Source: a virus (taxonomy: Duplodnaviria; Caudoviricetes). Taken from it: a stretch of 46,276 nucleotides of DNA. The position numbers and the translations under genes were made by a program. The notes below the pieces were generated by a model. It was not told where the DNA came from. It did not search any database and was given only the letters and a program-made list of their open reading frames with translations. This document shows positions 16,251-25,083 of the stretch, piece by piece. The stretch is from positions 1 through 46,276 of IMG/VR virus record IMGVR_UViG_3300017700_000470; one strand, written 5' to 3'. Numbering within the stretch: the first letter of the stretch is position 1; every line of letters begins with the position of its first letter.

Positions 16251-18650
16251 TTATTTCACACCTATGCTTGTTTTCTGTGCTGCCGTGTACGCCTTGGCAA
16301 TCTCCGCCGCGCCCACAATGTGCGCCTCTTGTGCGCCCTTCACGACGAACAATTGCACCTTGCGCCCGTCCGGGTCCACTGGATTGTTTACGCGCCCGTC
16401 ATGCAACCCCGGGTGCAGGATGTAACCTAGGCCTGCCATCATTTCCCGGCGCTTGCTGTGCGGGATTTTGGCCCCCATGTTAAGCGCGTCTAAGAGGCTA
16501 TCGAGGTAGCCGGAGCTTATCCAGTTGCCCGCAAAGCCGGTGCGCCCTTGTGCAACGAACTCCATAATTTGTTGCTCTATGCCGCCGCGTGATTCCGTTA
16601 TTGCCGTGTCGGTTGTAGACGTGTGCGGGGCGCGGTGCAGCGTGGTGGCCGGGTTGTATTCGTCGGGGATAGGGTAGGTGTGCAACAGTTCGGAGACGAT
16701 AGCGAAGCCATCCGCCTTGAGCCAACCGTAGAGGCGCGGGAAGTAGTCCCCGCCCATGCCGCTGCGCTCGATATCGTCTTTGCTTTGCTGTGCCGTAAAG
16801 AACATGCCGAACCGGCGCGCATTGTCCGGGGTCTTGCGCACGCTGGTTTTGTAATTCGTGGTCGCCATGGCGTTGGCGCATATCTCCGTGCTGTATTGGT
16901 CCACGCCCTTGGCTTGAATTTGTATGCCCATCGCGCCCGTAATGATGGTCTTGAATTTTTCGATAATCTCTTGCTGGTGTTCTTGGCTGTATAGCTCTTC
17001 CACCGCAATAAACACCTTGTTTGCTAACCACGCGTTGAATGGGCTCGCCAAGTCCTGCGCATGCGGCCAGTGCGTGTAATGTTGGCCCACGGCCATGGCA
17101 ACGCACAGGCTAAAAAGGGTTTTTCCGTTACCCTCCGCGCCCTGCAGCACGGGGCACCAGCCGAATTTTTTACCCTTGTACTGTACGCACGCGGCCATGT
17201 ATGACAGCAATAGCGCTTGGTCCCGTTCGTCGGGCAGCACGCGGCGGAGGTGGTCTAGGAAAGGGCTCACGTCCCCCACCAGCCGCCGCACTTCTGCAGG
17301 CCACCAGATATTGACGCGCTTGCGTCCGGCATCGTCCGTGATGGTGGCCGACGGTTGGTCAGGCTTGAAGCTCACGGTGTCGGCCATCGGCGCGCGCAGC
17401 ACTTGGGATTGTGTGAACGCGTCCCATGCCTTTTTGGTCGTGGCGCTGTTGGTATCGTCCATGGCAAACGCGTAGCCGCCAAACTCCACGTTAAAAGGGT
17501 CCGGCTTGAGCAAGTGGCCGCCGGGCACAAGCACGCGATGCAGGCCCCGCACGTATACGCATCCCTTGAAAAGGTCACGCTGTGCCGCCACGCCTAGAAA
17601 CGTGCTGCCCGTCACGAGGCGTTGTTCGGGGGCCATGGGTGCCGCGTTGGGCAGTGCTGACGGCTCCGGCGGATTGTCTTGCAGCACGTCCCCGCCCTTG
17701 GCGAGAATTTCGCAGATGGTCCGCGTCAGGTAGTCATCGCCCGCGCGGTCCCACTTGTCCCGGTGTAGCTTGCAATCGTCACGCTGCATTAGCGCCTTGA
17801 TGCGTTCACCGTGCTTGCCGGTCCAGAATGCGAGGTGCGACACTAAGGCCGCGTCCGCTTCACTAAAGTTGTAGGGCTTGTCCTTATCGGGGTAAGCCAC
17901 GGTGAGCGCCGCCGTGTTGCATTCCCAAAGGTCCGCGAAGCTCGCACGGTTGCCGAACACCGCCGCCGCGCTGGATGACTTGAGCGCGCGCCGCAGCAGG
18001 TCGTCATCATCCGTAGGCCCGCGCCACTCCGGGACAGGCTCCGACGTGAGAATGTAGCGCCCTTCATGCTTGTTACCGCCCGGGGGGAACAGGGCCGCCG
18101 TGAGCGTGTGCAAGGCGGCGGTGTGGTCGGTAGCCACGTTGCCGCAGGCCTCGTGCCCTGTGAGCGCGATAAAGCGGCCTTCCGTGTAGAACTCAAGGCC
18201 CCGGGGGTGATCGGTGCAGCTATGCTCCGGCGCGGTCCCCACCCCGATAATGTGCATGCCCTTGCCGGACTGTGAGCGCTCCATGTAGGCACCCGGGAAC
18301 ATGGCCGCAATCTGCAGGGCCAACGGGGACCAATGGGCCGGGATAAATTCGCCCGTCTCTGTAATGGTGTCGGGTATCCAATGGCTATCCAAGTCGACAA
18401 AAAACACGTTGTTGCCGCGCTGCAGGCTGAACGCCACGCCGTAGGAGGGGCCCCACGCGGTGGCGCAATCGCACGCGGTCTGTGCGTCCACCCAATTGGC
18501 GGGTTCGTGAGCGCTGACGACGGCCCCGGAGTGTGGCGACACGGGGAACTTGTCCATTTTGCCGGGCTTGGTCTTGCTTGGGACCAGCACGTAACAGAGG
18601 AATTGGCGCAATGCCGCAAGGGGCGCAAGCGCGGGGGGTAGCTGGTGCAC
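16251..18650 (-). CDS. Primase-helicase (AEP PrimPol N-terminus, SF3/DUF5906-type helicase C-terminus)
   Basis: VDLD, ERSQSGKGMHII and LEFYTEGRFIALTG motifs; Walker A GAEGNGKT; ATTN and RRF motifs. Confidence 0.9.
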   Translation of the reverse strand: MHQLPPALAPLAALRQFLCYVLVPSKTKPGKMDKFPVSPHSGAVVSAHEPANWVDAQTACDCATAWGPSYGVAFSLQRGNNVFFVDLDSHWIPDTITETGEFIPAHWSPLALQIAAMFPGAYMERSQSGKGMHIIGVGTAPEHSCTDHPRGLEFYTEGRFIALTGHEACGNVATDHTAALHTLTAALFPPGGNKHEGRYILTSEPVPEWRGPTDDDDLLRRALKSSSAAAVFGNRASFADLWECNTAALTVAYPDKDKPYNFSEADAALVSHLAFWTGKHGERIKALMQRDDCKLHRDKWDRAGDDYLTRTICEILAKGGDVLQDNPPEPSALPNAAPMAPEQRLVTGSTFLGVAAQRDLFKGCVYVRGLHRVLVPGGHLLKPDPFNVEFGGYAFAMDDTNSATTKKAWDAFTQSQVLRAPMADTVSFKPDQPSATITDDAGRKRVNIWWPAEVRRLVGDVSPFLDHLRRVLPDERDQALLLSYMAACVQYKGKKFGWCPVLQGAEGNGKTLFSLCVAMAVGQHYTHWPHAQDLASPFNAWLANKVFIAVEELYSQEHQQEIIEKFKTIITGAMGIQIQAKGVDQYSTEICANAMATTNYKTSVRKTPDNARRFGMFFTAQQSKDDIERSGMGGDYFPRLYGWLKADGFAIVSELLHTYPIPDEYNPATTLHRAPHTSTTDTAITESRGGIEQQIMEFVAQGRTGFAGNWISSGYLDSLLDALNMGAKIPHSKRREMMAGLGYILHPGLHDGRVNNPVDPDGRKVQLFVVKGAQEAHIVGAAEIAKAYTAAQKTSIGVK

Positions 18651-18659
18651 AGTAGCCCC

Positions 18660-18968
18660 TTAGGATTGGACGGCCTGCAGTGCTTTTTGGATGAGCGCCG
18701 GGGGGCACTTTTTGAGGTGTTTGTCTTTGGCTACTGCCGCCTGTGCGATGACAGGCAAGCACTCCGTGTGCACCGCCTGCCGCACGATATCGCGCCGCAG
18801 CGTGGGCATCGTACCCATGTGGTAGCTCACGAGGCGGTCAGCCACCCCGGCGCGCTGTGCGATGGCCTCACGCGTCACGTTGTTGTAGCCAACCTTTACG
18901 GCGAGGTCCAAAGCGGCGGCCAACAGTTGCGCTACGCGGTCTTTTTTTGGGAGTTTAATTTGAGTCAT
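18660..18968 (-). CDS. TetR-family HTH regulator, probably leaderless
   Basis: LLAAALDLAVKVGYNNVTREAIAQRAGVADRLVSYHMG; ATG lies 6 nt after the -10 box. Confidence 0.8.
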   Translation of the reverse strand: MTQIKLPKKDRVAQLLAAALDLAVKVGYNNVTREAIAQRAGVADRLVSYHMGTMPTLRRDIVRQAVHTECLPVIAQAAVAKDKHLKKCPPALIQKALQAVQS

Positions 18969-18974
18969 TGTAGG

Positions 18975-19004
18975 ATTATGCCCCGCAGTTAACGGGCGCG
19001 TCAA
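18975..19004 (-). promoter_or_regulatory. Promoter of the tetR-primase operon with a class A palindrome
   Basis: TTGACG-cgc-CCGTTAA; 18-bp spacer; CATAAT. Confidence 0.7.
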
Positions 19005-19477
19005 TACGATTCAAAGCGCTGCAGCCGCGTGGAGTACGGCAGGTAAAGGGGGTGCTTAGGTGAGCCATTCTGATTTACCCCAAGGCACCATAACTCCGCG
19101 CCAAAACTGCGGAGAATTCCGGCTACAATGCGCGCCCGCGCCGGGTCCGCTTCATTGCCCCAACCCACCACGATAAGCGGAAGCGTGGCAAGCATCATCA
19201 AGTAGCTGTCATTGTCCGGGCCTATCGGGTTTGGGTGCGCCCGCATGTCGTCCGGGTCAGTCGCCACGACGGCGGCAGTGTTGCCGATGTAAAACCCGTT
19301 GTAGCCCCAGTCCCGCACGAACCGCGCTACCTTGTTTTTGGTGGGATCGGGTATCTCCACGCCGTCTACAATGCGGCCCGCTATCGAGGGGTTCACCAGC
19401 ACCACCGCGCAAGGGTTCGGGCCGGGATGTTCAAGCAGGTAGCGGTAGGTCCCGCAGGGGGAGAATATGGCGCTCAT
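19001..19477 (-). CDS. DUF1643 family protein
   Basis: SAIFSPCGTYRY.L, VNPSIA, DPT, P.GPDND, GWG and G.PKHPLY motifs. Confidence 0.85.
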   Translation of the reverse strand: MSAIFSPCGTYRYLLEHPGPNPCAVVLVNPSIAGRIVDGVEIPDPTKNKVARFVRDWGYNGFYIGNTAAVVATDPDDMRAHPNPIGPDNDSYLMMLATLPLIVVGWGNEADPARARIVAGILRSFGAELWCLGVNQNGSPKHPLYLPYSTRLQRFESY

Positions 19478-20259
19478 GCAGGCCCCGCGCAACCGCAGCC
19501 GCCCACGTCATTCGGGTCAAAATCGGCGGCGTCTTTTTCCAACCGTAAACGAAAAGCCGTCATGGTTAGCGGTTTCTTTTTGTTGTCTCCGCGCCGGTCA
19601 CTTAGGATAGTGCCGTTGATGCCCTTAGCACGCAATCGGTTTTCCTCATATTCGTGCATCATGTAGAGGTGCGGCATATTGTGAAGCAGTAACGCAAATG
19701 ACGCATGGCCTGCTTTTATGCAAAAGCCGCCGCAGTTGTTGTGCGTAAACCCCATGCCATAGAGACGGGGCCGGGCGATGCCTGCCGCGTCCAGTTGTTC
19801 CAACACTTCGCGAGGGTCTAAGTGCGGCTCCGCCGTTAGTGGGTGTTCGTACCTCCACGGGGATTTATATTTTTTCAGGTTGCGTGCGATCTTTTCTATC
19901 CGTGTGGGCTCCCACCAGCCTATACCGGTGTAAATAGTAACCTCTGCGGGGTCAAAAGTTTCAGCAAGGTAACGCGCTATTAGGTCCCTTTTTAGATGTT
20001 TACTGCAAGGGTCTATGCGTGAATTACCGATAAATTTCACGTCTTCAAAAACTTGCCATGGGTTACGCCCGTCGGCTATCCGCACGAGCGGTGCGCCGAT
20101 GTACGCGGCGGCCTCTTTAAGAAACCGGTATAGGTCCGCGTCTTCAATCAACGCGTCAGCAAACAATAATTGCATGTTGTCTACGCCGTACATTTCCTTG
20201 ACGCGCATAGCCGCCACGAAAGAACCGGCACCACCCGAAAAGCTAACGATATGTTTCAT
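19474..20259 (-). CDS. PP-loop (adenine nucleotide alpha-hydrolase / PAPS-reductase-like) Cys-cluster protein
   Basis: VSFSGGAGS, CSKHLK, HNNCGGFCIKAG and C-terminal GGCGC; ATGA-coupled start at 20259. Confidence 0.8.
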   Translation of the reverse strand: MKHIVSFSGGAGSFVAAMRVKEMYGVDNMQLLFADALIEDADLYRFLKEAAAYIGAPLVRIADGRNPWQVFEDVKFIGNSRIDPCSKHLKRDLIARYLAETFDPAEVTIYTGIGWWEPTRIEKIARNLKKYKSPWRYEHPLTAEPHLDPREVLEQLDAAGIARPRLYGMGFTHNNCGGFCIKAGHASFALLLHNMPHLYMMHEYEENRLRAKGINGTILSDRRGDNKKKPLTMTAFRLRLEKDAADFDPNDVGGCGCAGPA

Positions 20260-20399
20260 GGTAGCCACGTCAAACTAGGCCACACGTAACGGCCCCAGCA
20301 CAGTAGCCAAAGAAACGCCATACCCAGCATATACAGCGGCGTGATGACGGCGTACATCTTGAGTAAAAATATCAAATCCTCTTTTTGGTCTTTGGTCAT
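20256..20399 (-). CDS. 47-aa single-TM peptide (not in the ORF track)
   Basis: MTKDQKEDLIFLLKMYAVITPLYMLGMAFLWLLCWGRYVWPSLTWLP; ATGA coupling at both ends. Confidence 0.55.
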   Translation of the reverse strand: MTKDQKEDLIFLLKMYAVITPLYMLGMAFLWLLCWGRYVWPSLTWLP

Positions 20400-20887
20400 A
20401 GCGTCCCCGGGCCGGTTGCAAAGGAAGCGTCTCCGCCGTACCCGTTTACTAAATTCATCCAGTTACTTTGTGCTATTTCATGCTCTGTGCTTGTATAGCT
20501 CCAGTCAGGGGATTTACACTCCCGACTGATGAACTGCCCAAGGATGCACCCGACGTGTTGCGGCGTGATTAACACACGGCGTATACCTATCAAATCGGCA
20601 GACTTGATAATGTCATTCATGGCCCCGCTGTCATTGGCGAGGCCGTAGCGCACCACACGCCCGGACAGGTCCTTGAGCGCCCCTACGTTGTTGCGCCAAA
20701 TCCGCATGTGCTTGTGGGGTTCGCTGGCTTCCAGACGCAACGTGGATACCGTCCACGCCTCCGACTTGCCGGAGCCGGGCGTAGCCTCATTGAGCGGCAT
20801 GGACAGCAAGCCTAGCCTTATCTGCAGGTCCTGCACAGCGGCGGGAGACACGCCCCACGTTATGGCCCATTGGTGAATGATGCTCAT
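20396..20887 (-). CDS. VRR-NUC-like PD-(D/E)XK nuclease
   Basis: SEA..., WRNNVGA, SADLIG and SRECK motifs. Confidence 0.8.
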   Translation of the reverse strand: MSIIHQWAITWGVSPAAVQDLQIRLGLLSMPLNEATPGSGKSEAWTVSTLRLEASEPHKHMRIWRNNVGALKDLSGRVVRYGLANDSGAMNDIIKSADLIGIRRVLITPQHVGCILGQFISRECKSPDWSYTSTEHEIAQSNWMNLVNGYGGDASFATGPGTL

Positions 20888-20970
20888 AGGAACCACACGA
20901 CGGCGACTAACGCCAACCCTAAAAGCACTCCGTAAACAATTCCTGAATACGCAATGTCAATAAATTTCAT
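20884..20970 (-). CDS. 28-aa TM peptide (not in the ORF track)
   Basis: MKFIDIAYSGIVYGVLLGLALVAVVWFL; SD GAGGT; ATGA coupling at both ends. Confidence 0.5.
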   Translation of the reverse strand: MKFIDIAYSGIVYGVLLGLALVAVVWFL

Positions 20971-21179
20971 GGTTTTACCTCTTTAATTGCCCATCCAGCA
21001 AAGGTATCAAGATACCGTGTGTACTCTTTGCCGCCTTGCTCGTACAAAATCCCCTTGATGCCGGGCGCGGGTGCACGCCCGGGGGCAACTTCTACCCCTA
21101 TGGCGATGACCTTTCGTTTTATCATCCCTGCGGCGTCTCCGGTGTACGTTCGGCCCTCTTTAATGTCTTGCTGTCTCAT
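20967..21179 (-). CDS. Hypothetical protein
   Basis: SD AAAGGAG; ATGA coupling. Confidence 0.75.
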   Translation of the reverse strand: MRQQDIKEGRTYTGDAAGMIKRKVIAIGVEVAPGRAPAPGIKGILYEQGGKEYTRYLDTFAGWAIKEVKP

Positions 21180-22888
21180 GCTGCTATCACTCCTTTACGT
21201 GCTAAATCTTCCGTCATTTTGGCGGTCAGTTTCTCCGCGTCCGGGCGGCCCAAGGCCATGGCGCTCATAACGTCTACGCCGTAGGCAAGGAAAAACATTT
21301 TCTGTATCTCCCGGTCCGTCAGGTCGTGCCGTTCGTGCTTTTTCCAACCGGCCCACAACGACAGCGTATTGCGCAAATTGCCTTGCGCTTGCTGACGCTC
21401 GAAATGCATTTTCTGAATGTTGCCCGCGATGGCGTCACCCACGCCCATAGGGATGCGGGCCGCGCCGTCAATTTTATTTACCTCCCCGCGTAACTCCCGC
21501 AACGTGGCCGCGTCCAGTTCGTACAAGTCGCCGTCTACCATTTCGGGCGCGGTGCGCACCACGGGGACAGGCACCCACCCACAATGGGGGCACTGCACGC
21601 GGTAACGCTCGTATGCGGCGAAGCACCTCAAGCACCCTTGCAACGGGATGGCATCCGGGTTGCGCGATGCGCGGGAGGTGCGGCGGTCCAGCGTGTGCAC
21701 GCGGTAGGCGTCCGGCAGGCCATGACGGAAGCAGTTTCCAACGTGGTCAATGATGACGCCGCAGGGCTTGCCGCTGGCCGCGATGTGCGCCCGGCGCTGT
21801 TCGTCCGTGAAGTCGTCCCAAATTTCTTGCAGGTGCGAAGGTATCAACAGGCGCAAGGCGCGGCCAAATTGCTGCACGAATAGCGGCCATGATTCTGTCT
21901 TGCGCACCATCATGACAACTTCACACGCCGGAACGTCTACGCCCTCCCCGAACAGGTCCACGTTAACCAGCACCTTCACATCACCCGCGCGGAATTGCCG
22001 CATGATGGCGATGCGCAAGGCGTCCGGCGTATCAGCGGTGACGACTTCCGACGGCACGCCAGCGGCACGGAACGCACGCGCAATCTGTTGGGCGGCCTCC
22101 ACGTCTACAGCGAACGCAATTCCCCGCTTGCCGGGGCAGATGCGTAGATACTGCTTCACCACGTCACCTACGATAGTGTCCGACGCGTGCACCGCGTGGC
22201 GCAACTTGGGCATGCTCAAATCACCCGACGCGGTAACGGTTACCTCCGAATAGTCAACGTCTGACGGCGGCGTAAATATGCGGTAGTCCGTGAGAAACCC
22301 GGCGTCTATAAGCTCACGCATTCCCGGGCCAACAACCAGCGCATCAAACACGCCGTCACTCGTGCGGCCAAGCCCTTTGCCGTCCGCGCGGGTAGGTGTG
22401 GCCGTTGGTCCTAGGCCCCACGCGTTGGGGAACATGTCCGCCACCTTGCCCCATTTGTTTTCTGCAAGTACATGGTGCGCCTCATCCTGCACCCAGAGGT
22501 TTACGCCACGGTAGTAGCTGTCTTCCGACATGTCCTTGCGAATGAGCGTGTCTACACTGCACACCCCCACTCGTGCGCCCGGGTCCGTGTGGTCCCGGTT
22601 TATCTCCATCATGTGCAGGGAAGCGCAATCACGGCGCAGAGAACTTGAGCCTATGATGCGGTGCCGCACACCTTCACGGGCCAAGGCTAACGATAGCTGG
22701 CTGACAAGTTCGCCACGGTGGGCCGCTACGCAAGTGCCCCCGGTGCGATTCTCGCCAACAATGGAGCCCGTAAGGACCGACTTGCCCGCCCCCGTGGGCA
22801 TCACGGCCATGACGTTGCGGTGCCCCGCTTGCCAATTCATGTAAACGCCGGTCTTTACACCTTGCTGGTTTCTACGTAGTCGGGTCAT
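21176..22888 (-). CDS. SF2 DExH-box helicase with a C-terminal Zn finger
   Basis: PTGAGKS, DEAHH, TATP, EGVDVP and QQFGRALR motifs; CLRC/CPHCG. Confidence 0.93.
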   Translation of the reverse strand: MTRLRRNQQGVKTGVYMNWQAGHRNVMAVMPTGAGKSVLTGSIVGENRTGGTCVAAHRGELVSQLSLALAREGVRHRIIGSSSLRRDCASLHMMEINRDHTDPGARVGVCSVDTLIRKDMSEDSYYRGVNLWVQDEAHHVLAENKWGKVADMFPNAWGLGPTATPTRADGKGLGRTSDGVFDALVVGPGMRELIDAGFLTDYRIFTPPSDVDYSEVTVTASGDLSMPKLRHAVHASDTIVGDVVKQYLRICPGKRGIAFAVDVEAAQQIARAFRAAGVPSEVVTADTPDALRIAIMRQFRAGDVKVLVNVDLFGEGVDVPACEVVMMVRKTESWPLFVQQFGRALRLLIPSHLQEIWDDFTDEQRRAHIAASGKPCGVIIDHVGNCFRHGLPDAYRVHTLDRRTSRASRNPDAIPLQGCLRCFAAYERYRVQCPHCGWVPVPVVRTAPEMVDGDLYELDAATLRELRGEVNKIDGAARIPMGVGDAIAGNIQKMHFERQQAQGNLRNTLSLWAGWKKHERHDLTDREIQKMFFLAYGVDVMSAMALGRPDAEKLTAKMTEDLARKGVIAA

Positions 22889-22910
22889 GAAAAATATTTG
22901 TTTACGCTAG

Positions 22911-22940
22911 TTGACGGTTCCGTTAAGTGTAGGCTATTAT
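22911..22940 (+). promoter_or_regulatory. Promoter of the replication operon with a class A palindrome
   Basis: TTGACG-gtt-CCGTTAA; 18-bp spacer; TATTAT. Confidence 0.7.
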
Positions 22941-22973
22941 CCAGATTCTTACCACTCACTTTAAGGATTTTTT

Positions 22974-23888
22974 ATGCGCATCACAGTAGACACGGCCACG
23001 GATGGCCGTAACGAGGCGGAACACGCGATAGCCATTATTGGCGCGTTCTATGAATTGGGTGATTCAAAAATTCACCTGACGGGCACCCCGCCTGCAGCAC
23101 TGGCCGCCAATGTCGCAGCAAACGTGCTGCCCGTCACCTCCGGCGGTGCCTCTACCCCCGTGGTTATCAACATCGAGCGCAACCCCGCCGACGTATTTGG
23201 TGCCCCGGGAAACGTCCCACCGGTTGCCCCGTTGGCTGCGGCTGCAACTCCTCCGTTGAATGTCCCCGGGGTGCCGCCGGTTTCTTTGGCACCGGCACCC
23301 GGCATTGCACCCCCTGCAGCACCGCCAGCGCCACCGGTTGCCCCTACGGCGAGTGCACCCCCTGCGCCGCCCCCGGCTCCCGTGCCTGCAAGCGCCGTTG
23401 AATACGACGCGGACGGCCTGCCGTGGGACCCGCGCATCCATCAGGCCAGCAAGGGCAAGACGGCCAAAGGTGTGTGGAAGCAACGAAAAGGCCTGAACGA
23501 TGATGCCATGGTTGCACGCGTGAAGGCGGAACTGTTGGCCGCCAAAGCTGTGGGCGTTGCCGCTGCACCCGTGGCGGCTACGGTGCCCACACCTCCCGCA
23601 CCCCCTGCCGTTGCGCCGGTCCCTTTCGTGCAGCCGGTTGCGCCCTCTCCGCCTGCGCAACCGGCTGCACCTTTGGCACCTGCCGCCCCAACAACGGTGC
23701 TTGAATTCATGCCGCGCATCACGGCGGCCATGGCTTCACAGTTGCTGCCCAATGAGGCGCTGAACTGGGCCTGCGGTCAATTCGGGCTTGCCAATGTGAT
23801 GGCGCTGAACACCCGGCCTGAGTACGTCCCGGCAGTGTGGGAAAAGCTCCGGGGCGCTTACCCTGACTTTGCCGCCGCCAACCCATGA
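22974..23888 (+). CDS. Pro/Ala-rich replication-module protein
   Basis: SD TAAGGA; D.DGLPWDPRIH..SK...G.WK..KG core; typical position upstream of DUF2800. Confidence 0.8.
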   Translation: MRITVDTATDGRNEAEHAIAIIGAFYELGDSKIHLTGTPPAALAANVAANVLPVTSGGASTPVVINIERNPADVFGAPGNVPPVAPLAAAATPPLNVPGVPPVSLAPAPGIAPPAAPPAPPVAPTASAPPAPPPAPVPASAVEYDADGLPWDPRIHQASKGKTAKGVWKQRKGLNDDAMVARVKAELLAAKAVGVAAAPVAATVPTPPAPPAVAPVPFVQPVAPSPPAQPAAPLAPAAPTTVLEFMPRITAAMASQLLPNEALNWACGQFGLANVMALNTRPEYVPAVWEKLRGAYPDFAAANP

Positions 23889-25033
23889 GCGCACATGCCT
23901 TCCTTGCACCTAGCGCGGCGGGCCGTTGGGTGCTGTGCCCGGGGTCTGCCGGGATGGAGGCCGCCTTTCCGTCTCCGGAGTCTCCGGAGTCCATGGACGG
24001 AACGGCGGCGCATTGGGTGCTGGAGCATCAACTGGCGGCAATGCCTTTGAGCGTGGGTGCCATCGCCCCTAACGGCATTGCGGTTACGGCTGAAATGGTG
24101 GAGTGCGCGGATATCATGTACCGCGATATCATCACCACGTTGGGGGAACACTGGCGCACGACGATACGCGTAGAGCATCGCGTTCATATACCGCGCGTGC
24201 ATCCGCACAATTGGGGCACACCTGACGTGCGTGCATGGGTGCAGACCGCTACCGGTTACACGCTTTACCTGTGGGATTTCAAGTATGGGCGTAAACATGT
24301 CGAGGTTTTCGAAAACTGGCAACTTATGGACTACGCCCTAGGTTGCTTGTCGGAACTTAACGACGCGTTGCACGCGGTGCACCAGCCTGCCATCAGTGAG
24401 GCATCCATTCAGGTCTACATGCGTGTCGTGCAACCCCGCAGTTACCACCGTGATGGCGCGGTGCGGCAGTGGCATACAACGGCGGACCGCCTGCAGCCGT
24501 TTGCCGTGCAGTTGGCAGCGGCGGCCATGGAAGCTACAAGTCCCGATGCCCAATGCAAGCCCCATCCGGGCGCATGCGAAAACTGCAGCGCGCGTTTGCA
24601 CTGTGCGGCCAACCTCCGCGCGGGGTATCGTGCCGCTGACTTGTCGCAACAGGCGCAAGTTATCGACATGACGCCCGAAGCGTTGGGGCTGGAGCTTCGC
24701 ATTCTCACGGATGCACAAAAGCTCCTTAAATCGCGCATTGAGGGCCTGCAAGAACGTGTCTTATCCAACTTCCGCAAGGGGGTACATGTTCCCCATTGGG
24801 CCATGAAGCCTGCCGCGTCCCGCCTTAACTGGACGGTATCCGATGCTGAAATGGTAATCGTGGGGGACTTGCTGGAGGTAGACCTCCGTAAGCCCGTGGA
24901 GGTCATCACGCCAACACAAGCCAAGGATAAAGGCATAGACCGTGCACTGATAGCCGCGTACAGCGCGCCGTCCGCCGGGGCAATGGGTCTTGCCGTAGAC
25001 GACGGAAGCGAGGCACGCCGCACGTTTACATAA
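23885..25033 (+). CDS. Cas4-like PD-(D/E)XK exonuclease (DUF2800)
   Basis: HAFLAPS...CPGS, GTAAH, WGTPD, WDFKYG, NWQL and C-terminal Cys cluster. Confidence 0.88.
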   Translation: MSAHAFLAPSAAGRWVLCPGSAGMEAAFPSPESPESMDGTAAHWVLEHQLAAMPLSVGAIAPNGIAVTAEMVECADIMYRDIITTLGEHWRTTIRVEHRVHIPRVHPHNWGTPDVRAWVQTATGYTLYLWDFKYGRKHVEVFENWQLMDYALGCLSELNDALHAVHQPAISEASIQVYMRVVQPRSYHRDGAVRQWHTTADRLQPFAVQLAAAAMEATSPDAQCKPHPGACENCSARLHCAANLRAGYRAADLSQQAQVIDMTPEALGLELRILTDAQKLLKSRIEGLQERVLSNFRKGVHVPHWAMKPAASRLNWTVSDAEMVIVGDLLEVDLRKPVEVITPTQAKDKGIDRALIAAYSAPSAGAMGLAVDDGSEARRTFT

Positions 25034-25083
25034 ATTACGTTTTCGTCTACACTGAATTTTTTAACCTCAAAGGAACTTTGAAA

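Noticed and set aside
19474-20259. True PAPS reductase (cysH) auxiliary metabolic gene
   Set aside because: It lacks the ECGLH C-terminus and any sulfur-pathway context; only the PP-loop fold is supported
23885-25033. Cas4-like gene as evidence of a CRISPR system
   Set aside because: DUF2800 nucleases are standard in PolA-SSB phage modules; no cas1/cas2 or repeat-spacer array is present
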